64,000 nt of DNA from an uncultured Candidatus Rokubacteria bacterium (GCA_963762145.1 CAVXJS010000007.1:32001-96000), one strand, 5' to 3'; positions 53,410 through 64,000 are shown, numbered from the stretch's first letter. Made by a program: numbers and translations. Notes: generated by a model from the letters alone, not told the origin.

Positions 53410-55005
53410 GTGTCCGACATGAAGCGTGCGACGGCGATGGCGCGAGTTCTCCTGCTGGTCCTGGCCCTCCTGGGCATGACGCTGGTCGGAACGGGCTGGG
53501 CCCAGCCCAAGACCGAGCTCACGATCGCCCTCTCGAGCTTCGCCACCGAGGTCCTCGATCCTCCGCTCGGCGGCCACCTCGTGAAGTACTACCTCTCGAT
53601 GATGTTCGACTACCTCGTGGGCACGACACCGGACGGCCAGCCGTCCCGGGACGGCGGCATCGCCACCCGCTGGGAGAACTCTCCGGACTTCAAGCGCTGG
53701 ACCTTCCACCTGCGGAAGGGCGTCAAGTTCCACAACGGCGACGAGCTCACGTCCGAGGACGTGAAGTTCAGCATCATGCGCGCCATCGGCAAGCGCTCCA
53801 CCACCGGGTACGCGGGGCCCCTGCGGACCCTGATCCAGGACATCGAGACGCCGGCGCCCGACCGGGTGGTCATCGTGACCAAGGAGCCCACCCTGATCAT
53901 CCCGCTCTACCTGTCCCGGTCGCTCTCCACCGAGGGCATGATCCTGCCGAAGAAGTACATCGAGTCGGTGGGCGACGACGTCTTCGCGCGCAAGCCGATC
54001 GGCAGCGGGCCCTACAAGTTCGGGGAGCAGGTGACCGGCTCGCACATCACCCTGACCGCGGGGGACAACCACTGGCGCATCGGCACGCCGAAGTACAAGA
54101 CCATGACCTTCCGGCTCGTGCCGGAGGAGACCACCCGCATCGCCCTGCTGCGCCGGGGCGAGGTGGACGTGGCCGAGTTGAGCCGCGAGCGGGTGAAGGA
54201 CGTGGAGAAGGACGGCTTCCCGATCCACTACCGGCGGGAAGAGGCCGTCCTCACCATGTGGTGGGTTCTGGGGCCGGACGGGCGGGTGGGGCCGTCCAAG
54301 GACAAGCGGGTCCGGGAAGCGCTCAACCTGGCTCTCGACCGCGCCGAGATCGCCCAGTCCATCTTCGGGGGCAAGGCCGAACCGGCCTCCGTCCCGCTCG
54401 GGCTCTCGTGGTCCTTCAAGGACGTGGGCTTCAAGCCGACGCAGGACATGATGTACCCCTACGATCCGGCGCGGGCCAAGAAGCTGCTGGCCGACGCGGG
54501 CGTGGCCTCCGGTCTCAGCCTGGACATCTACGCCTACCAGCTTCCCGGGCTCCCCGAGGGCAAGACCATGGCCGAGGCGGTGGCCGGCTACTGGGAGAAG
54601 CTCGGAATCAAGACCCGGCTGATCCCGGTGGACTATCCGGCTTTCCGGAAGGCGTGGTTCGATCGCACCGCCCCCGGCGCGGTCGGCTACTTCAACATCG
54701 CCAACCGGGACTGGATCGGCGCCTACGCCCTGCTCGAGAAGCAGGCCTACTCGGGGTCCAAGCCCTCCGACACCGTCAACGACGCCGAGATCGACGGGAT
54801 GCTCTCGCAGGTGATGCGCCAGACGGACCGGGAGAAGATCAACACGCTGATGCGCAACGTCTACACGCGGCTGCGCAGCGAGCACTATGGCGTCCCGGTG
54901 GTCTATCTGCACTCGCCCTACGCGACGTCCAAGAGCCTCGCCAAGTGGAACGTGGGCAGCGTCATGTACGACCTGTTCTTCGACCAGCTCGCGTCCGGCA
55001 AATAA
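53410..55005 (+). CDS. Peptide/nickel ABC substrate-binding protein (family 5)
   Basis: WTFHLRKGVKFHNG, DVKFS, PIGSGPYK, RVREAL, YDPARAKKLL. Confidence 0.93.
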   Translation: MSDMKRATAMARVLLLVLALLGMTLVGTGWAQPKTELTIALSSFATEVLDPPLGGHLVKYYLSMMFDYLVGTTPDGQPSRDGGIATRWENSPDFKRWTFHLRKGVKFHNGDELTSEDVKFSIMRAIGKRSTTGYAGPLRTLIQDIETPAPDRVVIVTKEPTLIIPLYLSRSLSTEGMILPKKYIESVGDDVFARKPIGSGPYKFGEQVTGSHITLTAGDNHWRIGTPKYKTMTFRLVPEETTRIALLRRGEVDVAELSRERVKDVEKDGFPIHYRREEAVLTMWWVLGPDGRVGPSKDKRVREALNLALDRAEIAQSIFGGKAEPASVPLGLSWSFKDVGFKPTQDMMYPYDPARAKKLLADAGVASGLSLDIYAYQLPGLPEGKTMAEAVAGYWEKLGIKTRLIPVDYPAFRKAWFDRTAPGAVGYFNIANRDWIGAYALLEKQAYSGSKPSDTVNDAEIDGMLSQVMRQTDREKINTLMRNVYTRLRSEHYGVPVVYLHSPYATSKSLAKWNVGSVMYDLFFDQLASGK

Positions 55006-55047
55006 CCGAACGGCCTAGGAGTGCCCTCGCGCGGATGATCAAAGCGG

Positions 55048-55087
55048 TGGGGGGGCATGGGGGAGGAGCGCCGCCGCTCCCCCCCAT
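55048..55087. repeat. G-run plus hairpin intercistronic element
   Basis: TGGGGGGGC followed by ATGGGGGAGGAGCG-CCGC-CGCTCCCCCCCAT between the SBP and permease genes. Confidence 0.55.
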
Positions 55088-55133
55088 TCAGAACAAGCTT
55101 CTAAGGCTGTAAACGGTAACGCGGACCCCGCCC

Positions 55134-56054
55134 ATGCTTCGCTTCATCGCCGCCCGCCTGCTGCAGTCGCTGATCGCGCTCGCCATCGTCTCGGTGGTGG
55201 TGTTCGTGCTGGCGCGGGCCACCGGGGATCCGCTGTACCTGATCCTCCCGATGTCGGCGTCCCAGGAGGACTTCGACAACGCCCGCCGCTACCTGGGGCT
55301 CGATCGCCCGTACGTCGAGCAGTACCTGTCCTTCGTGGGGCGCGCGGTCACCGGCGACTTCGGGACGTCGCTGCGCGCGCGGCGCCCGGTGAGCGAGCTG
55401 ATTCGCGAGCGCCTGCCCAACTCGCTCAAGCTCGCCGTCTTCGCGATGGGGGTGTCCCTCGCGATGGCGTTCCCCCTCGGCATCATGGCCGCGGTGAAGA
55501 AGGGCACCGGCCTCGACCGCACCGCCCAGATCATCTCGGTGCTCGGGCAGTCCCTGCCCACCTTCTGGGTGGCGATTCTCCTGGTGGAGTTCGTGGCCGG
55601 GCGCCTGCAGTGGCTGCCCGCGGGCGGCATCAGCGGGTTCTCCAGCTACGTGCTGCCCGGCTTCACCCTCGGGTGGTTCGTGGTGGCCGGGCTGATGCGG
55701 CTGCTGCGCTCCGGCATGCTGGAGGTCCTCGACTCGGAGTACGTGAAGCTGGCCCGGATGAAAGGCGTCGCCGAGCGCCGGGTCATCTGGCTGCACGCGC
55801 TCCGCAACGCGCTGATCCCGGTGGTCACCTTCGCGGGGATCTACTTCGCGATCCTGGTCACCACCGCCATCGTGGTCGAGACGGTGTTCGCGTGGCCCGG
55901 CATCGGGCGGCTGGCCTACGAGGGCATCAGCTCGCGCGACTTTCCCGTGATCCAGGCGGTGGTGCTGACCACGGCCGCGATCGTGGCGGTGGTCAACCTG
56001 GGCGTGGACTGCCTCTACGCGTGGATCGACCCGCGCATCCGCTATGCCCGCTGA
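55134..56054 (+). CDS. Peptide ABC permease (DppB/OppB-like)
   Basis: GDFGTS, LPTFW, ARMKG, HALRNAL, VETVFAWPGIG, DPRIR. Confidence 0.93.
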   Translation: MLRFIAARLLQSLIALAIVSVVVFVLARATGDPLYLILPMSASQEDFDNARRYLGLDRPYVEQYLSFVGRAVTGDFGTSLRARRPVSELIRERLPNSLKLAVFAMGVSLAMAFPLGIMAAVKKGTGLDRTAQIISVLGQSLPTFWVAILLVEFVAGRLQWLPAGGISGFSSYVLPGFTLGWFVVAGLMRLLRSGMLEVLDSEYVKLARMKGVAERRVIWLHALRNALIPVVTFAGIYFAILVTTAIVVETVFAWPGIGRLAYEGISSRDFPVIQAVVLTTAAIVAVVNLGVDCLYAWIDPRIRYAR

Positions 56055-56928
56055 GCCGGCCGCCCTCGTCCTGCCGGAGGCCGTGGCCCCGCCCGCCTCG
56101 CGGGGCTGGCGGCTGCCCGTGTTCCCGCTCGCGGTCATCGGCCTCTTCCTGCTGATCGCCCTGGTGGCCCCGCTGCTCGGCCTGCCCGACCCGCACGCGC
56201 AATCACTCCGGAATCGCTTCAAGCCACCGGTGTGGGAGGAAGCCGGCAGCTGGGCTCATCCGCTGGGCACCGACCGGCTGGGTCGCGACATGCTCTCGCG
56301 CATCGTGTGGGGCTCGCGAATCTCGCTCTCGGCCGGCGTGGTCACCGTGCTGCTCGCCAGCGCGTTCGGGGCCGCGATCGGGCTCACCGCGGGCTACTAC
56401 GGCGGCCGCGTCGACGCGGTGCTGATGCGCGTGACCGACGCCACGATGTCCTTTCCGGTCATCCTCCTCGCCCTGATCCTGGCCGTGACGGTCGGCCCGA
56501 GCTTCACCAACGTGGTGGTGGCCATCGCGGTGATCCTCTGGGCGCGCTACGCCCGCGTCATCCGGGGCCAGGTGCTGACCCTGATGCAGCTCGACTTCAT
56601 CGCGCAGGCCCGCATCGCGGGGGCGGGGGGCTGGCGCATCATCACCCGGCACCTCCTGCCCAACACGCTCGGGACCCTGCTGGTCCTGGTGACGCTCCAG
56701 ATCGGCTACGTGATCATCGTGGAGGCCTCGCTCTCCTTCCTGGGCGCGGGGATCCCACCGCCCACGCCGGCCTGGGGCTCCATGATCGCGGAGGGCCGCG
56801 ACGTCGTGACGAGCGCCTGGTGGGTCTCGCTATTCCCCGGTCTCGCGATCCTGCTCGTGGTCCTCGCCTTCAACCTGCTCGGGGACTGGCTGCGCGACAC
56901 CTTCGACCCGAAGCTCCGCCAGCTCTGA
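56044..56928 (+). CDS. Peptide ABC permease (DppC/OppC-like)
   Basis: HPLGTDRLGRD, HLLPN, EASLSFLG, GDWLRD. Confidence 0.93.
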   Translation: MPAEPAALVLPEAVAPPASRGWRLPVFPLAVIGLFLLIALVAPLLGLPDPHAQSLRNRFKPPVWEEAGSWAHPLGTDRLGRDMLSRIVWGSRISLSAGVVTVLLASAFGAAIGLTAGYYGGRVDAVLMRVTDATMSFPVILLALILAVTVGPSFTNVVVAIAVILWARYARVIRGQVLTLMQLDFIAQARIAGAGGWRIITRHLLPNTLGTLLVLVTLQIGYVIIVEASLSFLGAGIPPPTPAWGSMIAEGRDVVTSAWWVSLFPGLAILLVVLAFNLLGDWLRDTFDPKLRQL

Positions 56929-56964
56929 GCGCCCGGCGGTGAGGCCCCCCGTGGCACCATCCCC

Positions 56965-57954
56965 GTGACATCATCCCCCGTAACACCATCCGTCATCGAC
57001 GTCCGCGACCTTCGCACCCACATCGTCACCCGCTGGGGCACCGTGCGAGCGGTGGACGGGGTCTCGTTCGCCATCGGGGAAGGGGAGACGCTCGGGCTCG
57101 TGGGCGAATCCGGCTCGGGCAAGAGCATGACGTGCCTGAGCCTGGTGCGGCTGGTGCCGCGCCCCGCCGCGCGCATCCTGGGCGGGCAGGTGCTGCTCGA
57201 CGGGGAAGATCTCCTGACCAGGAGCGAGGACGAGATGCGCCGGATCCGCGGCCGGCGGATCGGCATGATCCTGCAGGATCCGATGAGCTCGCTCAATCCG
57301 GTGTTCTCGATCGGCATGCAGATGCGGGAGCCGGTCGCGCTCTATCACGGGCTCCGCGGCCGAGCGCTCACGGAGCGCGCCGCCGCGCTGCTGGCCGCGG
57401 TGCGCATCCCATCGCCCGCCCAGCGGCTGCGCGCGTTCCCGCACCAGCTCTCGGGGGGCATGCGCCAGCGGGTGGTGGGGGCCATGGCCATCGCGGCCCC
57501 GCCGCGCCTGCTCATCGCGGACGAGCCGACCACGAGCCTCGACCTCACGATCCAGGCGCAGTACCTGGGCCTGCTCAAGGAGCTCCAGCAGCGGCACCGG
57601 TTCGCCCTCGTCTTCGTCACCCACAACCTCGGGATCGTGGCGAAGATCTGCGACCGGGTGGCGGTGATGTACGCCGGGCGCATCGTCGAGATGGGCCCGG
57701 TGCGGCGCATCTTCACGCGGCCCGCGCATCCGTACAGCCGCGCGCTGCTCGAGTCGATCCCGCGCCTCGGCGCGCGCGCGGCGCGCCTCACCGCGATCGA
57801 GGGCCAGCCGCCGGACCTGGCGCGGCTGGCCGGCGGCTGCGCCTTCGCCCCGCGCTGTCCGCACGTCATGGACCGGTGCCGGGCGGAGGCGCCGCCCGAG
57901 CGCCCCGTCGGCGACGGGCACGTGGCGCGCTGCTGGCTCGAGGCGCCGCCATGA
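56965..57954 (+). CDS. Peptide ABC ATPase (DppD/OppD-like)
   Basis: GESGSGKS, LSGGMRQR, ADEPTTSLD, HPY, GCAFAPRC. Confidence 0.94.
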   Translation: MTSSPVTPSVIDVRDLRTHIVTRWGTVRAVDGVSFAIGEGETLGLVGESGSGKSMTCLSLVRLVPRPAARILGGQVLLDGEDLLTRSEDEMRRIRGRRIGMILQDPMSSLNPVFSIGMQMREPVALYHGLRGRALTERAAALLAAVRIPSPAQRLRAFPHQLSGGMRQRVVGAMAIAAPPRLLIADEPTTSLDLTIQAQYLGLLKELQQRHRFALVFVTHNLGIVAKICDRVAVMYAGRIVEMGPVRRIFTRPAHPYSRALLESIPRLGARAARLTAIEGQPPDLARLAGGCAFAPRCPHVMDRCRAEAPPERPVGDGHVARCWLEAPP

Positions 57955-58913
57955 GCGCGCTGCTGGAGGTCGAGGGCCTGACCAAGCACTTCCCGGTCCG
58001 CCGCGGGCTGCTCGGGCGGTCCACCGGGCTGGTCCGCGCGGTGGATGCGATCTCGTTCACGATCGAGGCCGGGACCACGTTCGGCCTGGTCGGGGAGTCG
58101 GGCTGCGGGAAGACCACCACCTCCAAGCTGGTCCTGGGACTCGAGCGGCCGACCGCGGGGAGTATCCGATTCCAGGGAGAGGACGTCCTGGCGCTCGATC
58201 GCGCCCGGATGCGCCACTACCGTCGTGCCGTGCAGGCGGTGTTCCAGGATCCGTACGCGTCCCTCGATCCGCGCATGCGCGTGGGCGCCATCGTCGCGGA
58301 GCCGCTCGTGATCAACGATCCGATGGACCGGAGCGCGCGCCGGCGGCGGGTGCTCGAGCTGCTGGACCTGGTCGGCCTGCCCGCGCGCGCGGCCGAGCTC
58401 TTTCCGCACGAGTTCTCGGGCGGCCAGCGGCAGCGGGTGGCCATCGCGCGGGCGCTCGCCCTGTCGCCGCGCCTCGTGGTGCTGGACGAGCCGGTCTCCG
58501 CGCTCGACGTCTCCATCCGCGCGCAGATCCTCAACCTCCTGCGCGATCTGCAGGAGCGGCTCGGCGTGTCGTATCTCTTCATCGCCCACGATCTCGCCGC
58601 GGTCGCGCACATGAGCCACACCATCGCGGTGATGTACCTGGGCCAGATCGTGGAGTGGGGCGACGCGGCGGCGGTGGCCCTCGAGCCGCGCCATCCCTAC
58701 ACGCAGGCCCTCTTCGCGGCGGCGCTGCCGATCGATTTCGACACGCCCCACCAGGACATCGTGCTCTCGGGCGAGGTGCCGAGCCCGCTGGCGCCGCCCG
58801 CCGGCTGCCGCTTTCACACGCGCTGCCCGCAGGTGATGCCCCGCTGCGCCACCGAGGTCCCGGCCCTTCGCGCCACGACCGCCCACCTCACCGCCTGCCA
58901 CCTCTACGACTGA
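57951..58913 (+). CDS. Peptide ABC ATPase (DppF/OppF-like)
   Basis: GESGCGKTT, FSGGQRQR, DEPVSALD, GCRFHTRC. Confidence 0.94.
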   Translation: MSALLEVEGLTKHFPVRRGLLGRSTGLVRAVDAISFTIEAGTTFGLVGESGCGKTTTSKLVLGLERPTAGSIRFQGEDVLALDRARMRHYRRAVQAVFQDPYASLDPRMRVGAIVAEPLVINDPMDRSARRRRVLELLDLVGLPARAAELFPHEFSGGQRQRVAIARALALSPRLVVLDEPVSALDVSIRAQILNLLRDLQERLGVSYLFIAHDLAAVAHMSHTIAVMYLGQIVEWGDAAAVALEPRHPYTQALFAAALPIDFDTPHQDIVLSGEVPSPLAPPAGCRFHTRCPQVMPRCATEVPALRATTAHLTACHLYD

Positions 58914-58914
58914 T

Positions 58915-58991
58915 CGGGGTCAGGTCTTGAATTACGACATTTCGAGGAGGGCGTGGGCGCCTGAAATGTAGGAATTCAAGACCTGACCCCG
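58915..58991. repeat. 77-bp element with perfect 19-bp terminal inverted repeats (REPIN/MITE-like)
   Basis: CGGGGTCAGGTCTTGAATT...AATTCAAGACCTGACCCCG, with inner ACATTTC/GAAATGT pair. Confidence 0.85.
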
Positions 58992-58992
58992 G

Positions 58993-59869
58993 CTATTCGG
59001 CGAGGAGGAGGCAGGCGGCGCCGAGGCAGGCGAGGAGGGCGGCGGTGAGGCGGCGGGCGAGGTCGGGCTCGCCGAAGAGCGTGCGGCCCAGGAGGACGGC
59101 GAGCACCGCCGACATCCGGCGGATCGCGTTCACGTAGGCGGCGGGCGCCATCGTGAGCGCGTGCGTCTGCATCCCGGTGCCGGTGACGCCGAGGAGCCCG
59201 TGGCTCGCGAGCGTGACCAGGTTGCGCGGCACGAAGCTGGCGGCCAGCCCGCGCGGATCGGTCAGCAGCAGGACCAGCGTCGTGACGACCGCGGTCGCGC
59301 CGTGCGAGGCCACCAGATAGCTCGGCGGCCCGATGGCCAGCGCGGCCCAGCGATCCACCGCGGCCAGGAATCCCAGGAAGAACGCGGCGCCGAGCGCGTC
59401 GAGGGCGTCGGGGCGGGCGAAGAGGACACGGACGCGTCCGAGCAGGCCCGTGGGCCCGGGTCCGCCCGAGAGGCTCACCGTGCCGGTGAGGGACAGCGCC
59501 AGCCCGATCCAGCCGAGGGCGCTGGGCCACCCGCCCGCGAGCGCCGCGTCGGGCAGGATCGTGAAGATCGGGCTCAGGGCCAGGATCGGCCCGACGATCG
59601 AGATGTCGCCCCGCGCGCTGGCCCGCGCGAGCAGGCCGCTCATCCCGATCACGAGCAGGGACGAGGCGGCGATCGCGGGCCAGGCGGCGCCCGGCGGCAC
59701 GAAGCGCGTGGCCCGAGACCACGAAGAAGATCACCCACGCCGCGCAGGCCACCGCCTGCGTCCACGCGACGATCACCAGCGGCGGGATCTCCCGCGCGCG
59801 TCCCTTGACGACCGCGAACTGCACGGCCTGGGTGAGCGCCGCGCCGAGCGACAGCGCGAACCAGGTCAG
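58993..59869 (-). CDS. EamA/DMT family transporter; frameshift around 59705, start uncertain
   Basis: TWFALSLGAAL, DISIVGPILALSP, YVNAIRRMS, LFGEP. Confidence 0.8.
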
Positions 59870-60012
59870 GCGGGAACCACGGAGAAGGCCGGCTGAGCGC
59901 TCATCGATCCTGTGTCTCCGCCCGAGACCGTAGCCGAGGACTCGGCCACCGGTCAATCGGGTAGAAAATTCGCGGTCATCTCGCGGCCCGCGACACGGGC
60001 CCGGCGTCGCGC

Positions 60013-60041
60013 TTGACGTGCCGCATCGCGACCCCTAAATT
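60013..60041 (+). promoter_or_regulatory. Putative sigma70 promoter
   Basis: TTGACG-N17-TAAATT ahead of GGAGG and the ATG at 60060. Confidence 0.5.
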
Positions 60042-60059
60042 GGCGCCGGGGAGGACTTC

Positions 60060-61073
60060 ATGGCGCGAGCATCCTTCGGGCTGATCCTGGCGAATCGGGC
60101 GGTGGTGCTGGGCGCGATCCAGGCCCGCGATCTGATCGAGCTGTCGCAGCAGGCCGAGGTGTCCGGGGCTTTCGACACGCTCTGGGTCGGCGACAGCCTG
60201 CTGGCCAAGCCGCGCCTCGAGGCGGTGGCCCTGCTGGCCGGACTGGCCGGCGCCACGTCGCGCCTCAAGCTCGCCGTCGGCTGCCTCGCCACCTTCGTGC
60301 ATCGTCACCCGCTGCTGTTCGCGCAGCAGTGGGCGAGCCTCGACGTGCTCTCGGGCGGGCGCGCCTGGCTCGCGGTCTGCCTCGGCGGACCCGACGAGCA
60401 GAGCGCCGCGCAGGCGCTCGAGCACAAGGTCATGGGGGTGCGCTCCAGCGAGCGCGTCGGCCGCCTCGAAGAGGGCATCGCCATTCTTCGGAAAGTCTGG
60501 AGCGGCGAGAAGGTCTCGCACCAGGGCGAGTTCTACCAGTTCGAGGGCGTCAAGATCGAGCCCCGGCCGGCGCAGCAGCCGTGCCCGATCTGGATCGCGA
60601 GCAACCCGACCGGCCTCACGTGGAAGGGCGGGGCCAGCGCCTCCGAGGCGGCGGTGGAGCGCGGATTCCGCCGGGTGGCCCGCTACGCGGACGGCTGGAT
60701 GACCAACAAGGTGAGCCCGGCGCAGTTCCGCGAGCAGTGGGCGCGGATCGCGAAGATGGCGCAGGAGGAAGGCCGCAACCCCGACGCGCTCGGCAGCGCG
60801 CTCTACCACAACATCAACATCAACGAGGACCGCCAGCAGGCGCTCGAGGAGAGCAAGACGTTTCTCGACACCTACTACACGTCCAAGTTCTCGCCCGAGT
60901 TCGTGGAGGGCTGGACGGTGGCGGGCAACCCGGCCCAGTGCGTCGCCGAGCTGCGCGCCTACGCGGAGGCGGGCCTCGGTCACATCGCGCTCCGGCTCAC
61001 TTCGTGGGATCAGCGCGGTCAGCTCAAGCGGTTCCTGGCCGAGGTGGCGCCCTCCCTCGCGGGCGGCCGCTGA
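60060..61073 (+). CDS. LLM class flavin/F420-dependent oxidoreductase
   Basis: LWVGDSLLAKPR, WASLDVLSGGR, PIWIAS, RVARYADGW. Confidence 0.92.
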   Translation: MARASFGLILANRAVVLGAIQARDLIELSQQAEVSGAFDTLWVGDSLLAKPRLEAVALLAGLAGATSRLKLAVGCLATFVHRHPLLFAQQWASLDVLSGGRAWLAVCLGGPDEQSAAQALEHKVMGVRSSERVGRLEEGIAILRKVWSGEKVSHQGEFYQFEGVKIEPRPAQQPCPIWIASNPTGLTWKGGASASEAAVERGFRRVARYADGWMTNKVSPAQFREQWARIAKMAQEEGRNPDALGSALYHNININEDRQQALEESKTFLDTYYTSKFSPEFVEGWTVAGNPAQCVAELRAYAEAGLGHIALRLTSWDQRGQLKRFLAEVAPSLAGGR

Positions 61074-61086
61074 CGCCGAAGGCGGG

Positions 61087-63265
61087 ATGCCCCGCATGCC
61101 CTGGAGCCTGACGCGCGGCCAGACCGTCGCGATGGCCCTGCTGGTCGTCGCGCTCCTGACCGACGCGGTCCTCACGCTGCACAACATCCGCGAGGTCGCG
61201 GTCAGCGTGCAGTGGGTGTCTCACACCCACGAGGTGCAGGGCCAGCTCGAGCAGGTCGTCTCCGCCCTCAAGGACGCCGAGACCGGTCAGCGCGGCTATC
61301 TCCTGACCGGCGAGCGGGTCTATCTCGAGCCCTACGAGCAGGCGGCGCCGCGAGTCCCGGGCCACCTCGCGCGGCTCCGGGCGCTCACCATGGACAATCC
61401 GCCGCAGACCGCGCACGTGCTCCGGCTCGAGCAGCTCGTGGCCGAGCGGCTCGCGGTGCTGCGGCAGGGGCTCGACCGCTTCCGGGCCGAGCCCGACCCG
61501 AGCCGGGCGCTCGCGCTCTCCCGGCAGTACCTGCTCCAGGGGGAGGGGAAGCGCCTGATGGATCTGGTCCGCGACGAGATCTACGGCATGCAGCAGCTCG
61601 AGCGCGCGCTGCTCGCCCGGCGGGAGGCGGACTCGCGCACCAACGCCCGCACCGCGCTCGCCAGCACCATGGTTGGTCTCGCGCTGGGTCTGGTCCTGGT
61701 CGCGATGGTCGTCACGCTGGTCGCGCGCAACCAGGCCGCCCGCCAGCGGGCGGCCGACGTGCTGCACGCCGAGCGCGAGCGTTTTCGCACCACCCTCACC
61801 AGCATCGGGGACGCGGTCGTGGTGACCGACGCGCAGGGGCGGATCACGCTGCTGAACCCGGTCGCGCAGGCCCTCACCGGCTGGGGCGCCGAGGCGCTGG
61901 GCCACCCGCTGGACACGGTATTCCGCATCGTCAACGAGACGACGCGGGAGCCGATGGAGAACCCGGCGAGCAAGGTGCTCCGCCTCGGCACCATCGTGGG
62001 TCTCGCCAACCACACCGTGCTGATCGCCAAGGACGACAGCGAGCTGTCCGATCGACGACAGCGGCGCGCCGATCCGCGACACCCGCGGCCGCATCGTGGG
62101 CGTGGTGCTGGTCTTCCGCGACATCACCGACCGGCGCGGCTCGGAGCGCGCCCTGGAGGTCGCCGACCGCCGCAAGGACGAGTTCCTCGCCATGCTGGCT
62201 CACGAGCTGCGCAATCCGCTTGCGCCGATCCGCAATGCGGCCCACACGCTGGCCCTGCTCGGAACCGGCGACGACCGGCTGCGGTGGGTCTCCGGCGTCA
62301 TCGAGCGACAGGTCGGCTTGATGACCCGGCTCGTGGACGATCTGCTCGACGTCTCGCGCATCACGTCGGGCAAGATCACCTTGCAGCGCACCACGGTCTC
62401 GGTCGGGGAGGTCCTCGCCCAGGCGGTGGAGGCGGCGCGCCCCCCCGCGGAGAGCCGGGGTCAGACGCTCAACGTGGACGTGCCGGAGGACGCGGGCTGG
62501 GTGGACGGGGACCCGGCGCGCCTGACCCAGGCGGTCGGCAATCTCCTCGACAACGCGATCAAGTACACCGACGACGGCGGGGGGATCTGGCTCCGCGCGC
62601 GGAACGAGGGAGACGAGGTCGTGATCGTGGTGGAGGACAGCGGGGTCGGCATCGATCCCGAGGTCTTGCCGCACGTGTTCGACCTCTTCATCCAGGCCGA
62701 CCGCTCCCTCGAGCGCAAGCAGGGCGGGCTCGGCCTCGGCCTGACCCTCGTGCGCCGGCTGGTCGAGATGCACGGCGGCCGCGTGGAGGCGGCGAGCGCG
62801 GGCCCGGGCCTGGGGAGCGCCTTCACCATCCGGCTGCCGCGTCGGGCCCACGAGGCCCCGGACGCCGCGGCCGCCGCGGGGCCCGAAGAGGCGCGCCAGC
62901 CGTCGGGCCCGGCCCGCCGCATCCTGGTCGTGGACGACCACCAGGACTCCACCGACTCGCTGGCCCTGTTCCTCCGCCTGCGCGGCCACGAGGTGCGCAC
63001 CGCGAACGACGGGCCGAGCGCGCTCGACGAGATCGAGCGCTACCATCCCGACGTCGTCTTCCTCGACCTGGGGCTGCCCGGCATGAGCGGCTACGACGTG
63101 GCGCGCCGGGTGAGGATGATGAGCGATCCGGACTCGCTGCGGCTGGTGGCGGTCACCGGTTACGGCACCGACGCGGATCGCCAGAAGACACGCGACGCCG
63201 GCTTCGACGTCCACCTCGCCAAGCCGGTGGACCCGCGGGCGGTGGACGCGCTGCTCGCCGGCTGA
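61087..63265 (+). CDS. Hybrid sensor kinase CHASE3-PAS-HisKA-HATPase-REC; frameshift around 62050
   Basis: VSHTHEV...LKDAETGQRGYLLTG (CHASE3), TLTSIGDAV (PAS), AHELRNPL, NLLDNAIKY, GLGLGL, DLGLPGMSGY. Confidence 0.9.
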
Positions 63266-63306
63266 CCGCTACTGCGGGACCCGGATCGCGGCCGCCCGAC
63301 CGGTGC

Positions 63307-64000
63307 TCACAGGCCGCGGTGCTTCAGGAAGGTGCTGAACCAGGGGCCGACGTAGTTGTCGTGGGTGCTCCTCTTGATCGTGTCCTTGAGCGCGCCCGAC
63401 TGATGATTGTTGATGCTCTTGGCCACGATCGTCAGCGTCTTGGCGCTCCGCTGGTAGCGCCACCAGAAGAAGGCGAGCCCACCGCTGCTCGCCAGCAGGA
63501 GCGCCCCGAGGAGGACGATGCCGGAGATGAGCGCGACCTGGGCCTGGTCGGGCAGGCCCTCGGTCATCCCCTGCCGCGCTCCCCGCATCGCCTGGAGCAT
63601 CACGTGGCTGGTGAGCCCCCCGAACCCGGCCTGGTTGATCGGATCCTCGGCGCCCTCCGCCGCGCCCTTCATCAGGGCCTGCGACATGTTGCGCCCGGCC
63701 TGCAGCATGGACTTCTGGAGCGGGCCCTCGAGGCCCTTGACCACCGACGCGACGAGCTCCTCGCCCATGCGGCGGGCCAGCCGCTCCGCGGACGGAGTCA
63801 CGTCCCGGTCGAGCGAGTCGCGCAGGGTTGTCGTCGTCGCCAGGATGCCGGCCGCGGCCACCCGGCGGAGCTCGAGCTCCAGCGTGGCGCCCGCCGTCTT
63901 GACGAGCTCCCGGACCGCCTCGTCGGTGTCCCGCCGCAGGCTCTCCATCGCTTGGGCCACCAGCGCGTCCACCTGGCGGCGCATCTCGGGCGAGCCCAGG
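63307..64000 (-). CDS. Hypothetical helical protein with C-terminal TM segment; 5' end outside the window
   Basis: Open frame to the edge, amphipathic helices, hydrophobic ISGIVLLGALLLASSGGLAFFWW. Confidence 0.65.
   Translation of the reverse strand, partial: LGSPEMRRQVDALVAQAMESLRRDTDEAVRELVKTAGATLELELRRVAAAGILATTTTLRDSLDRDVTPSAERLARRMGEELVASVVKGLEGPLQKSMLQAGRNMSQALMKGAAEGAEDPINQAGFGGLTSHVMLQAMRGARQGMTEGLPDQAQVALISGIVLLGALLLASSGGLAFFWWRYQRSAKTLTIVAKSINNHQSGALKDTIKRSTHDNYVGPWFSTFLKHRGL

Noticed and set aside
59880-60012. Structured ncRNA in the EamA/LLM intergenic region
   Set aside because: Only short GC hairpins expected by chance; no recognisable riboswitch or tRNA motif.

Overview
Very GC-rich bacterial chromosomal DNA. 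The gene content (several LLM oxidoreductases, ABC importers, SDRs, a Uma2 gene, G-run/hairpin repeats) resembles soil Rokubacteria/Methylomirabilota; that assignment is inference only. Many genes carry 1-bp indels, including ahcY, pgm and katE, while about 46.8-58.9 kb is clean. I read these as long-read consensus errors, so genes were stitched across frames and some boundaries are approximate. Content: RND efflux pair, PilZ and degenerate GGDEF proteins, a Mo-hydroxylase operon, a Uma2 endonuclease bracketed by inverted REP-like palindromes, branched-chain and peptide ABC importers, pgm, ahcY with an SAH riboswitch, S9 peptidase, PQQ-type dehydrogenase plus cytochrome c, an orphan UreE-like pair, an Ltp2-like/DUF35/amidohydrolase/IclR cluster, hemerythrin, katE and several signalling proteins. 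Best leads: the REP-flanked Uma2 cassette, five sigma54 -24/-12 promoters (three giving nearly leaderless mRNAs), the UreE-like metal module without urease, and a PAS-HisKA protein lacking an ATPase domain. No rRNA, tRNA, CRISPR array or transposase was seen.
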